DNA of 63,403 bases, the filler included, from Octopus bimaculoides (Eukaryota): assembly GCF_001194135.2 (NCBI RefSeq). It is 6 parts of 6 records of this genome, joined end to end, with 100 filler letters (N's around TTAATTAATTAA, not from the genome) between each part and the next. Parts side by side here need not be neighbours in the genome. Positions count along the whole stretch, not along the records: positions 1 to 15,304 come from NC_068991.1; positions 15,405 to 22,002 come from NC_068986.1; positions 22,103 to 41,454 come from NC_068987.1; 3 more parts are not named here. One strand, 5' to 3'. The notes under the pieces were generated by a model. It worked only from the letters and a program-made list of their open reading frames with translations, was not told the origin of the DNA and ran no database searches. The translations under genes and the position numbers were made by a program. This document shows, in pieces, positions 11,089 to 23,253 of the stretch. Every line of letters begins with the position of its first letter. Within the stretch, counting starts at the first letter, position 1.

Positions 11089-12279
11089 CTAAATCTGTGT
11101 AAATATTGGTAACAACAGTGAGCTATCAACAGTCCTAATAGCAGCAACCCAACTATAGTAGTAGTGGTGGTGATTCCCCAAACAGTGCTGGCAGTGGTTA
11201 TGAATGTCATAGCGGAGGGAATGGTGAGTAGCAAGCCATTGATTTGTACCAGTCGTGATGTAAGCAATTGTAATGGAGCTAGTGGCATTGGTGTTAGATG
11301 TAGCAACAGAGTCACTGAGGTGTGAGTTAGTGATAACAGTAGTGGAACAAGCATTAACGGCCATGGAGGTGGTGATATTAATAATAGTAGCTATGAATTC
11401 AATGTTAGCAAGCAACTTGTACGAGTTATTTGGCCAAACTCCAGTCAATTATTGATCTTCGGGTTAAGTCAGTGGATAATCAAATATTCTTTGATTTGGA
11501 GATTTCCAGCATTTCTGTCTCCAGTCATTAAAGAAAGAGAGAGAGGTGCAGTGAATGGGGTACCCAGACAGAGGCATGGTCAATGTTAAATATCAGATTG
11601 GTGAGGGGAAGCGAAGGACATAGGTGTGGATTAGAGAGGAGGAAATGATAAGTGACAATAATAGGAAGAGGATGTGAAGTGCAGGGAATATATATGAGAT
11701 CATGTACAACACCCAAATGACTAGTGTTGTTGTTAGAAGTGTGATAAGGCACATGGATTAGTGGTTAGAGCGTTGGGCTCACAATCATGAAGTAGTGAGT
11801 TCAATTTACAGACCAGGCTGTGAGTAGTATTCTTGAGCAAGACACTTCATTTCACATTGCTCCAGTTCACTCAGCTGTAGAAATGAGTTGGGATGTCACT
11901 GGTACCAAGCTGTATTGGTCCCTTTGTCTTTCCATTGGATAACATCAGTTGCATGGAGAGGGAAGGCTGGTATGCATGGGTGACTGTTGGTCTTCCATAG
12001 ACAACCTTGCCCATATCTTCCTGGGTTCCCTCTGCCATAGTTTCCATCCACTACCTCCTGACTGGCCTTCATGCCGGTGGCACGTAAAAGCACCCACTAC
12101 ACTCTCGGAGTGGTTGGTGTTAGGAAGGGCATCCAGCTGTAGAAACTCTGCCAAATCAGATTGGAGGCTGGTGTAGCCTTCGGGTTCCACCAGTCCTCAG
12201 TCAAATCGTCCAACCCATGCTAGCATGGAAAGCGGACGTTAAACGATGATGATGATGATGATGATGATTGGCACTTCTT

Positions 12280-12560
12280 TATGCAGTTGTACACAGTCAT
12301 CCACATCATTTGATCATACCAGTACAGTTTTCTCACTTGCACATCATATCTAATGCTTCTTATGCTGCTCAATTTTTCTCTCAACACATTTCTACTTTGT
12401 CATACAAGCAGACTGATATTGCACACTCAGCGGAACATGATAGTTTATTTTTCTTTCTAGTTTTTGCATGACCTCTGCATTCATGGCCCATGTTTCACAA
12501 CCATGTAGCATTACAGTTCATACACCAGCATCATACAGTTTACCTTTCACTCTGCATAGG
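12280..12560 (-). mobile_element. Decayed RTE LINE ORF fragment
   Basis: LYDAGV*TVMLHGCETWAMNAE matches the LYDACERTAMLHGSETWAV motif at 57350-57420. Confidence 0.65.
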
Positions 12561-12574
12561 TGTGTCAGAGATTG

Positions 12575-13560
12575 TGTTAGTAGATTTCAGGAAGTATGGA
12601 ATTTTTTAAGAATACTGTGTTCTGACAGTTAACAACTGGTTCAGATAGTTTATTCCATGCTTCATCAATTCTGAGTGTGAAAGAAGTGCTTTCAAAAGTC
12701 ATGGTCACTGTTTTGGTTTTTAAAATTCTTTTATTTTTATAAGAATGTCCATGAGTGGTAGAGGTGTAGAATTCAAGAAGATGAGCAAAGTTGTTGGAAA
12801 GATGGTGGATAATCCTGTGTGCTTCTACCAAATCAGCCACTAGATATTGAAACTTTAGTGTGGCGATGTTCAGTGAAGCAGTACATTCAAGATATGGTAC
12901 ATGACTGATAGAAGCTATTTGCTGTGTTACACAATTACAAACAGCTTATTAACAGATCAATATTCTGGACAGTGGAGGCGCAATGGCCCAGTGGTTAGGG
13001 CAGCGAGCTCACGGTCATAGGATTGCAGTTTCGCTTCTCAGACCGGGCGTTGTAAGTGTTTATTGAGCGAAAACACCTAAAGTTCCACGAGGCTCCGGCA
13101 GGGGATGGTGGCGAACCCTGCTGTACTCTTTCACCACAACTTTCTCTCACTCTTACTTCCTGTTTCTGTTGTGCCTGTAATTCAAAGGGTCATCCTTTTC
13201 ACACTGTGTCACACTGAATCTCCCCGAGAACTACGTTAAGGGTACACGTGTCTGTGGAGTGCTCAGCCACTTGCATGTTAATTTCACGAGCAGGCTGTTC
13301 CGTTGATCGGATCAACTGGAACCCTCGGCGTCGTAAGCAACGGAGTGCCAACAACAACATATATTCTGGACAAGGTTAAGGTTTCAGACTGGTGATGCAA
13401 ACTCTAAGCACGAATGTAGTATGGTAATATATAGTGGTATGAAACTCTGAAGGGAACTGAACTCAGGCAAGTGTTTTGGCCCTTCTTACACTCTAAGAAG
13501 GCCAGGCTGTATCCAGGTTATGACTCCAGGGTGCCTTTTGCTGACACTTTCTAACTTCTT
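12575..13560 (-). mobile_element. CR1/L2-type LINE 3' ORF fragment, interrupted by a SINE
   Basis: LYITILHSCLEFASPV*NLNLVQNIDLL runs across the SINE insertion point, then ...HGHSYK...LRIDEAWNKLSEPVVNC (CR1-type C-terminus). Confidence 0.75.
12972..13360 (+). mobile_element. Full-length SINE family B with 12-bp TSD
   Basis: TSD ATATTCTGGACA at 12960-12971 and 13361-13372; (CAA)n tail. Confidence 0.92.
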
Positions 13561-13587
13561 TGATATCGGAGACTTGTACATTTAAAC

Positions 13588-13862
13588 CAGGGTTTTTTTA
13601 ACTTTTTGACTTGCAGACCCCTTTATATTTCAGGCTTTACCTTAGGGACCCCTTTATAAACGCTTATGAAAGTTATACATAAATATTTGCTTAAAATAAC
13701 ATATATTTTTACATTTATTTATTTAACAGTATTTAACAAATAGGTTTATTGTCAATTAAAAGATTTCGATTAAAAAACATATATAAAATCAAATTGCCCA
13801 TAAAAAGTATTTGCTGTCCACGGACACCCTGTGGTCCGTGGACCACAATTTGAAAACCCCTG
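13588..13862. mobile_element. hAT-type MITE
   Basis: Termini CAGGG.../...AAAACCCCTG; 8-bp TSD ATTTAAAC/ATTTAAGC (7 of 8 match). Confidence 0.85.
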
Positions 13863-14239
13863 ATTTAAGCTACATGGAGATTTCATCTAGCTGGAACTCC
13901 TTGCCTTTGCTTCTGCTTTCAGACTTACACTTAAATAAGAAATGACATGGATCGTCACGATAGTGGTGAAACATCAACAGTGTCAATGCTACCAGCATGA
14001 CTCACTCAGAGTTACTCCCCCTGGCGTTAAAATACAAATGTATTGACCTCAAATGGTAGTACAACAATATTATAGCTTTGAATAAAGTGGTGAGCTGGTA
14101 GACTCATTAGCACGCCAGGCAAGATGTTTAACCACAATTTGTTTGTCTCTGAAATCTGAGTTCAAATTCTGTTGAAGTTAATGTTGTCTTTCATCCTTTA
14201 AGGGCCAATAAAATAAGTACCAGTTGAGCACTGGGATTG

Positions 14240-14626
14240 TTGTTGTTGGCACTCTGTCGCTTACGACGTCGAGGGTTCCAGTTGATCCGATCAACGAAAC
14301 AGCCTGCTCATGAAATTAACGTGCAAGTGACTGAGCACCCCACAGACACGTGTACCCTTAACGTAGTTCTCAGGGATATTCAGCATGACACAGTGTGTGA
14401 CAAGGCTGACCCTTTGAATTACAGGCACAACAGAAACAGGAAGTAAGAGTGAGAGAAAGTTGTGGTGAAAGAGTACAGCAGGGTTCGCCACCATCCCCTG
14501 CCGGAGCCTCATGGAGCTTTAGGTGTTTTCGCTCAATAAACACTCACAACGCCCGGTCTGGGAATTGAAACCGCGATCCTATGACCGCGAGTCTGCTGCC
14601 CTAACCACTGGGCCATTGCACCTCCA
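14240..14626 (-). mobile_element. Full-length SINE family B nested in a family D SINE
   Basis: TSD CACTGGGATTG at 14229-14239 and 14627-14637. Confidence 0.92.
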
Positions 14627-14729
14627 CACTGGGATTGATATAATAGTCTTATCCCATCATGCAAAATTGCTGGCCTTTTGTCAAAATTTGAAACTAATAT
14701 ATAGCTTTAAATAGATAGCTGGTGAGTGG

Positions 14730-14900
14730 CTATCAAAGATCTTATTGAGTGATGCTAAGACACCTTGGAATGTTTCTGAGGCTTTTAGAAATGTAGTTCT
14801 TCCAATGCAGGCCATTGTTAACAATAATGTTAAGGTCTCATTCACCAGCAGACTTCTTAAGATTGATATTGCAGAAGGAGAAGTTAGATTCCAGGTTTTG
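14730..14900 (-). mobile_element. CR1-type RT fragment
   Basis: E*DLNIIVNNGLHWKNYISK resembles the ERDLGIIVD..L.W..HI motif. Confidence 0.5.
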
Positions 14901-15272
14901 CCGCCTCAAATCTATGGCAGTGCACTGCCTGAAATCTGAGACCTATAGCTGACACTGTGAGGTCACTTGTGGTCATGAGAAGGGGCACTCCAGTTGATTC
15001 TGACTGATAACATTATATATATGGTCATTCCAAATTTGGTTAGTGTTTATATTGACAAATAGATAAATAGATAAATGAATAAATATAGATATACTCTCAC
15101 AGAATTTGCGTCTCAATATATAGTTGTCACCAATATTGTTTTCCCAATGCAGAAAAACATAAACAAATACAGCCCTATGTGTGATTGGTGTGTATGTGTG
15201 TGTGTGTGTGTGAATTTGTTCATGTGTATGGTGTTTATGTTTGTGTTTATGAGACACTCACATCCCTATATA

Positions 15273-15304
<32 letters not shown>

Positions 15305-15348
15305 NNNNNNNNNNNNNNNNNNNNNNNNNNNNNNNNNNNNNNNNNNNN

Positions 15349-15360
15349 TTAATTAATTAA
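15349..15360. other. Artificial six-frame-stop linker TTAATTAATTAA inside an N gap (also 22047, 41499, 44874, 58457)
   Basis: The same 12-mer sits between N runs five times. Confidence 0.9.
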
Positions 15361-15404
15361 NNNNNNNNNNNNNNNNNNNNNNNNNNNNNNNNNNNNNNNN
15401 NNNN

Positions 15405-15835
15405 ACCAAAAACTGAGCAAATATAAAGATCTTGAAATAGAAATTAGCAAAATGTGGAATCTGAAGACGAAAACAATACCTATTGTCATAGGTGCCCTGG
15501 GAATGACAGCGAAACGGGCTGATTACTACCTAGCTCAGATACCGGGAAACCCCAAAATGGCTGAAGTTCAAAAGATAGTGCTCATGGGAACTGCCCATAT
15601 CCTACGTAAAATACTGTCTATGTGATCTCAAATTTTAAAGCAAGCACATAATTTTCTTATGGTTTCTTAAACATTCACTAGAACAAAACTGTACAAATCC
15701 AAATATATGGTACCCTAGGCATAACACCTACATGGACTTCTAACTTGTTGTCTCTTGAGGTCTCTGGGTGAGACTTGGATCCAACTTGTACAAATGCAAA
15801 ACAAAAGTCAATAGTAATAATAATGATAATAATAC
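15405..15835 (+). mobile_element. 3' end of an R4/Dong-type LINE
   Basis: QKLSKYKDLEIEISKMWNLKTKTIPIVIGALG...KIVLMGTAHILRKILSM* (stop 15623-15625); ends in (TAA)n. Confidence 0.88.
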
Positions 15836-16437
15836 ATCATTATATTACTGCTACAATTTCTTCATATATTGTATATATTCTCCACTGCTACACTCAACTC
15901 TCCACTAACGCACATACTCATCATTGTCACCACGGCCACCACCACTATCATCATCATCATCATCACCATCATAATTACCACCCCCTCCCACTACCAATAT
16001 CATCATCATCGTGGACGTCCTCTTCGTCCTTCGCATCATCATCATCATCATCACCACCATCATCATGTAAAAATAAGACAATTTTAGTCAGTAATCGTTT
16101 ATTTTGGAAGAAATCCGTGACTGGAATCAATGAATGTAGTTCATGCCAACTACATGCAGCACATCCGGTAATAAATGAATAGGAAAAAAATGTGTTAAAC
16201 AGATATTAATACGCTGAATGTAGTAAATTATTTCTATTGAATCAAATTAGACAACGATTGAGGGCTTCCGTTTCAAGAAGTATCTTACAAAGTGGAACTT
16301 AGAACTTTGCCAAATGTAAAAACATTGATACAAAAACTAACACACCTACACACAACGTATAAGTATGTTTCACATACAGACGCACCTGCATAAATACTAG
16401 CATGCATAGATATATGCATACATGCATATATACATAC

Positions 16438-16504
<67 letters not shown>

Positions 16505-16588
16505 CATGTATACATACATACATACATATAAATATATATATATAAATGTATATATATATATGTTTATGTATGCATGTATATATGTATG

Positions 16589-16629
<41 letters not shown>

Positions 16630-17623
16630 NNNNNNNNNNNNNNNNNNNNNNNNNNNNNNNNNNNNNNNNNNNNNNNNNNNNNNNNNNNNNNNNNNNNNNN
16701 NNNNNNNNNNNNNNNNNNNNNNNNNNNNNNNNNNNNNNNNNNNNNNNNNNNNNNNNNNNNNNNNNNNNNNNNNNNNNNNNNNNNNNNNNNNNNNNNNNNN
16801 NNNNNNNNNNNNNNNNNNNNNNNNNNNNNNNNNNNNNNNNNNNNNNNNNNNNNNNNNNNNNNNNNNNNNNNNNNNNNNNNNNNNNNNNNNNNNNNNNNNN
16901 NNNNNNNNNNNNNNNNNNNNNNNNNNNNNNNNNNNNNNNNNNNNNNNNNNNNNNNNNNNNNNNNNNNNNNNNNNNNNNNNNNNNNNNNNNNNNNNNNNNN
17001 NNNNNNNNNNNNNNNNNNNNNNNNNNNNNNNNNNNNNNNNNNNNNNNNNNNNNNNNNNNNNNNNNNNNNNNNNNNNNNNNNNNNNNNNNNNNNNNNNNNN
17101 NNNNNNNNNNNNNNNNNNNNNNNNNNNNNNNNNNNNNNNNNNNNNNNNNNNNNNNNNNNNNNNNNNNNNNNNNNNNNNNNNNNNNNNNNNNNNNNNNNNN
17201 NNNNNNNNNNNNNNNNNNNNNNNNNNNNNNNNNNNNNNNNNNNNNNNNNNNNNNNNNNNNNNNNNNNNNNNNNNNNNNNNNNNNNNNNNNNNNNNNNNNN
17301 NNNNNNNNNNNNNNNNNNNNNNNNNNNNNNNNNNNNNNNNNNNNNNNNNNNNNNNNNNNNNNNNNNNNNNNNNNNNNNNNNNNNNNNNNNNNNNNNNNNN
17401 NNNNNNNNNNNNNNNNNNNNNNATTTAGTGGGGGTTTGCATGCATTATTTAAAATAGTTTGATTCGGTTCCGTGCTACTTCAAAATTCGAAGGCCCCCTA
17501 ACGGGAGCCCGACTCTTTCACGCTTCTGTATATGTATATACATGTGTGTGTGTATATGTATATATATATATGTATATATATATATAATTTTTTTTCTCCG
17601 TGTTTTTCTCCTTGTCTCCGTAT

Positions 17624-17660
17624 TCTTTCTGTTGAAGAGCGTAGCTCGAAACGTCAAAGA
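17624..17660 (+). ncRNA. Minimal type I hammerhead-like motif with variant core (CUGUUGA), in a short element approx. 17590-17750
   Basis: TCTTT-CTGTTGA-A-GAGC GTA GCTC-GAAA-CG-TC-AAAGA: perfect 5-bp stem I, 4-bp stem II, palindromic ACGT stem III, GUC cleavage triplet. Confidence 0.65.
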
Positions 17661-17883
17661 CTTTCCGTATTCCCGAGCGTCATACTAATATATACTTTTG
17701 TTATTTACACCACCTGTCCTCGTCTGTTGTTATTATTTGTATATTCTCCCATATATATATATATACATATATATATAATATACATACATACATATATATG
17801 TATATATAATACATATACACCCATCCATACACTCACACACACACACACGCATATATCTATATGTGAACATATACTTACATATA

Positions 17884-19309
17884 TTCGGTCATCCTGCAAA
17901 TAATGCGGTTTTTTCAATTACATGAACTAAAAGTCGGAGGAAGACGGAATAAACTACCTGCATGAACTTGCTATAAAAGCAGGTAATAATTTTACCTTGC
18001 TCTTATTCTTAGCATTACCGATTCAAGTTTTGAAGAGTGCTGTTCGGTTTTAACAGTTATTTTTTCAAAGCTATAATGGAAGTGACAAAGGAGCATATTC
18101 GGTATATTTTGTTTTATGAGTTCAATAAAGGCAACAACACAACGGAGGAATACTAATGCAGTATATGACGACCGGACAATAAACGTAAGCCAGTGTCAAC
18201 GGTGGTTCCAGAAATTCCGTGTCGGAAACTACAGCCTAGAAGTTGAACGTTACCCTGGAAGATCTGTAGAGCTTGGTGAGGACGTCCTGCAAACCCCGAT
18301 GGAACAAAATTCCATCGTAACTGCTGAGAAACTAGCAGAGAAGCTTGGATTTGGTCATTCAACCATTCATTGACACTTGTATGCCATCGGAAAAGTCAGC
18401 AAATTGAGTCAATGGGTCCCTCACAAACTTTCTGAGTCTAACCACGCGCAGAGAGTGAATGTGTACTCTTCTCTGCTGTCAAGTCTCATGAATGAGCCTT
18501 TTTGGGACTGAATAGTGACTGGTGACCAGAAATGGGTTCTCTTTAAAAATGTCAAGCACCGAAGACAGCACGTAGGGAAAGGAGAAACACCAACAATCCA
18601 GGTTAAAGGAGATCTTCACCTACGTAAGATATTGTTATCTGTTTGGTGGGATATGAAAGGTTTAGTCCACTTTGAACTTTTAAAACCAAACCAAACGAGA
18701 ACAAAGATCGGCTGCGTGCAACTTGAGCGGCTTAAATCAGCGCTAGAAGAAAAACGACCATCTTTGGTTTCAAGACGAAAGGTGTTCCTCCATCAGAATA
18801 ATGCTCGGCCACATACAGCGAGGATGACATTCCATAGGCTGGAACAGTTTGAATGGGAAACGATGCTCTACCCATCATATTCGCCGGATATTGCTCCATC
18901 TGATTATCAATTATTCCGCAGTTTNNNNNNNNNNNNNNNNNNNNNNNNNNNNNNNNNNNNNNNNNNNNNNNNNNNNNNNNNNNNNNNNNNNNNNNNNNNN
19001 NNNNNNNNNNNNNNNNNNNNNNNNNNNNNNNNNNNNNNNNNNNNNNNNNNNNNNNNNNNNNNNNNNNNNNNNNNNNNNNNNNNNNNNNNNNNNNNNNNNN
19101 NNNNNNNNNNNNNNNNNNNNNNNNNNNNNNNNNNNNNNNNNNNNNNNNNNNNNNNNNNNNNNNNNNNNNNNNNNNNNNNNNNNNNNNNNNGAAGAGCATT
19201 GTAGAAAATGAAGGACTATATATTTTAGATTAAAAAAGAACTTTGTTTCTCTTAATTTTGAAAAATAACAGAAGTATAAAAAAACCGCATTATTTATGGG
19301 ATGACCCAA
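17884..19309 (+). mobile_element. Mariner DNA transposon, both TIRs present
   Basis: TIRs TTCGGTCATCCTGCAAATAATGCGGTTTTTT and (reverse complement) TTGGGTCATCCCATAAATAATGCGGTTTTTT; TA on both sides. Confidence 0.93.
18076..18924 (+). pseudogene. Mariner transposase pseudogene (continues into the gap)
   Basis: MEVTKEHIRY start; WVPHKL, TGDQKW, HQNNARPH and YSPDIAPSDY motifs; a frameshift and in-frame stops. Confidence 0.92.
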
Positions 19310-19945
19310 TATATAGATACATCTTGGGTCTCATTATAATCAACTGTTGCAAGTATTCTCGACCAGGCTTCCGATTTGCGGTTATTTTCTCTCTCACTAA
19401 GGAGTCATAGACACCGCCTTCCATCTTGATTAAGCGATAAATAAGGCCTACATAAATGGTTACATAAATTATGTGTGCTACATAAATTTAACTTTGAGCT
19501 ATCTAAAATATTGATGCTGCGACACAGTAAAAAAAAAAAAAAAAATGCTATGCATTTCTGTTAGATCATTATAACTAGTTTGACATAATATTTTTTATTC
19601 ACGTGAGAAACTGTTTTATTTTATCGTTCATATCAATCTCAACTTGTAATTTAATTTTGAAATATTTCAATGTAAATTTCTGTGATAGGAGTTCCTTTTC
19701 TAAATCTCTTACAACTGAAACGGAACAGAACAGTTTTCTCAATTTATCAGATGACTTTATGATCTCTCTCTTTCTTACTCTCCTCTCTTTCTCTCTCTCG
19801 CTATCTCTCTGTTTGCTAGTATTTACAGTTATATTCAGTTTTACTGCAAGTCTACAGATAACCCCTTAAAGACGAAGCCTGTATAATTTAGTTCAGCTAT
19901 TTGTTCTACTAGTATTGAAAGGCGCTTGTCATGTGTGTGTGTATG

Positions 19946-19984
<39 letters not shown>

Positions 19985-20039
19985 ATGTAGACTGGAACGC
20001 AAGAAAACATTTCGCTGCAGAAATAGTTTTAGGAAAAAA

Positions 20040-20200
20040 TTTCTCCTACAAGACGTGTGTGAAAAGACATTGAGCTACGAATGATGTCATCGGAGCTTGG
20101 GACGCATGCGTTTCCACGCCGGTATACGGCATCCGCCACAAATACTGAATTCGTCTTTCACAGCCCAATCAGAACAATAGTGCTAAAATATATAAGAACA
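20040..20200. promoter_or_regulatory. Possible CpG-retaining regulatory region
   Basis: Unique CpG-containing sequence with CCAAT (20165-20169) and GACGCATGCG (20101-20110, NRF1-like); motif evidence only. Confidence 0.25.
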
Positions 20201-20558
20201 GCAAACAGAAAAATTTATTGACGCAACTTGATTAAGCTTTAGGAATGCTTGCAAGCACACTATTTGTTGTTGGTATATACCAGAACTCTCTTTCTGATAG
20301 AAATGTGAAGGACGAATTCAGTACTTGTGACAGATGACGCGTAACAACACAGAAACACTTGCATATCACGATTCGATGATATCATAATTTTCTCCTGAGA
20401 TTATTTATGCAGCGAAAGGTTTTCGTATGTTCGAGTCCACAAATATGTTAAATATCATTGTACACCCATACATTTTATTTACCGTCGATTCGTACGACGC
20501 TATAGAATTAATTGTAGCTTGACCAGACTTTATGCCTGCTAGCAAGTGTACAGACTGG

Positions 20559-20904
20559 TTAAACACTTCTCGAAGACGATGATACTTTAAAAAAAAAAAC
20601 TGCTTTTTGGTGATATGTTCATATTAATATGAAATAACAACGAAACCTGAAACGAATATCACGAGCGATCCCACGCTTATCCACCCACCCACCCATCCAT
20701 CCATCCATCCATCCATCCATCCATCCATCCATCCATCTGTCCGTCCATCCGTCCGTCCGTCCGTACGTACGTACGTATATACATGTATAAGAGTGGGATC
20801 ACTCGCGATACTCGCTTCAGGTTTCGCTGTTATTTGATATCAATATGAATTTATCACTTAAAAGCTGTTTTTAAAAAGCATCACCCTCTTCGAGAGACGT
20901 TTAA
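20559..20904. mobile_element. Foldback/MITE-like element: ~120-bp inverted arms around a (CCAT/CCGT)n core
   Basis: 20559-20680 is the diverged reverse complement of 20787-20904; TTAA at both outer ends. Confidence 0.75.
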
Positions 20905-21899
20905 TCAAACACCCTCCTTCATACACACATACGAACACACGCACACACAAAAGTCTCTATGTATGTATATATATATATATATATGTGTATTTGTATGTGT
21001 ATGTGTTTAAATGTATATGTATATACATACACATACATATCTGTTAATACATACTTATCTGTTTATATACGAACATATATAGACATATGTTTATACATAC
21101 ATAACTTACATACACATACACACACAGCACACACACAGCACATATATCCTACACACACACACATATAGCCTACGAGAAACATTTCACTTGTATCGTTTTT
21201 GTTGTTGTTATACTTGTATTTCCTAAATTCAAATCCCGTGTCATTGCCTTTATCCTTCATCTGTCTACTATCCCCGAGGCAGTCAAAAAACGAAAGTACA
21301 ATTTGGTTAAACATATGAATAAATAGTGAAATGCTTCCGTAAAGTGCAGATTGCTAACGCAAACTCTCTCTCTCAAACACACACACACACACACACTTAA
21401 AAGTAAATGCTCTACGATAGTAATTCACAGATTCATCTGAGCGGTGGTTCACATCCCACAGGCTCGCGCACATAAATACACATAGCCACATTTCTATCAA
21501 GTGTATAGAAAAAGAAAAAAAACAAAACAAAAAGAATGTTTATTTCCGTTTGTTCTGAATGCAAGATTGATTTTTTAACGTTTTTTTTTACTTTGCTAGA
21601 TTCACGAAGCAAATAAATGAACCTCTTTGCTGCAGTCTTTCGACTTGCTAGAAATAACATGTCTATTGAGACTCCGTAATATCTTTATGCATCTATTTCT
21701 ATGAGGATGTGTGTCTCTGTGTATGTGTATTTCTGTGTTTTTTTAATGCATTTCTTTTTCACTTTTTTTGTTTGGCCAACGGTATTTCAGTTCAGAACGC
21801 ACAAAGGCAGTGTTAAACTTCAAACGAAAACTGTTTAGCAAAGTGTTAAATTTAAAAACGTAAACTATATATTGGATATCCCACAAATCACACCTTATT

Positions 21900-21942
<43 letters not shown>

Positions 21943-22170
21943 CAAACTTATAGAAAAGCAAAGACGAAAACAGGTGTAGGAAGAACAAGCAAGTGTCAAA
22001 ATNNNNNNNNNNNNNNNNNNNNNNNNNNNNNNNNNNNNNNNNNNNNTTAATTAATTAANNNNNNNNNNNNNNNNNNNNNNNNNNNNNNNNNNNNNNNNNN
22101 NNATATACACATATATATATATATATACACATATATATATATATATACACATATATATATATATATACAC

Positions 22171-22233
<63 letters not shown>

Positions 22234-22927
22234 CATACATATATACAAAAATAAGTTTTGAGTTAAGTGCAGGTCTGTTAAATCCATTTTGTTTAAATGC
22301 AATCAAGCAGCAGCAATGTAAAGTGTTAACAAAAACACTATATACCTCAAAACCAGGTGAAATAAATAGCTCTGTAGGTGAACAAAGGTGATGAATATCA
22401 ATACTTTGCTGTTATTTATGTTCTTCGGTATTGTTTATTCGAGTCACGCTTGAGATAAATTCAAATTTTACACCCTTTTGCTCAGCTTCTTATAGAAACT
22501 ACTCAAATAGACATATAATATACAGATATATAAGCACAGGCATAGCTGTGTGGTTAAGAAAGCTCACTTTGCAACCACACAGTTTGGGGTTCAATCCTAC
22601 TGAGTGGCACATTGTGCTGGTATTTTCTATTATAACCTGAGGCCAAGTAATGCATTGTGAGTGAATTTTTTAGACAGGAACTGTGTGGAGCCTGCTTATA
22701 TGTTCAGACACACACACACACAGATAATGGGCTTCTTTTAATTTCCATCTACCAAATCCATTCACAAGGCTTTTCTTGACTCGGGGCTAAAGTAGAAGAC
22801 AGTGGAACTGAACGTGAAGCTATGAGATTGGGAAGTAAACTTTTTAAACCACACAACCCCATCAGTACCCAACAGGGATGCAAATAATACAACTTTTTGA
22901 TAGAATGAAAAATAAACTGGATCTTAC

Positions 22928-23101
22928 TTCTGAGGTTTGGAATGTTTTGCGGGTAGCATTCTGTGACTGACAATGAAGGTGCTGATTGGACAGAAGATAA
23001 AATAGGTACATTGAAAGGGTGATTCGGTGCATTCTGAAGTGTTGGACTGTTTGGCATAATGATGAGTGATGGATGAACTTGTGGGATGGATGGAATAAAA
23101 T
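22928..23101 (-). CDS. SAM-Pointed domain gene, coding exon 4 (Pro/Ser-rich linker)
   Basis: Acceptor TTCTTCATCTTTGCAG, donor GTAAGA, 174 nt, phase 1-1; FIPSIPQVHPSLIIMPNSP...PQNIPNLR, in frame with the upstream exon. Confidence 0.8.
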
Positions 23102-23200
23102 CTGCAAAGATGAAGAAATACAATTATAAGTCAAATACGATTTATTTTCATTGAGTTTACATACACACACATACAAAATGCATTTGACTGACATATGTGA

Positions 23201-23253
<53 letters not shown>

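Noticed and set aside
11089-11448. 119-aa Thr/Ser-rich ORF
   Set aside because: Looks like a decayed (AGT/GGT)n low-complexity tract.
15349-15360. TTAATTAATTAA recurring five times
   Set aside because: Always centred in N runs and has stops in all six frames: an assembly linker, not biology.
19320-19424. Minus-strand ATG frame MEGGVYDSLVREK...
   Set aside because: Short, no homology recognised, donor ambiguous.
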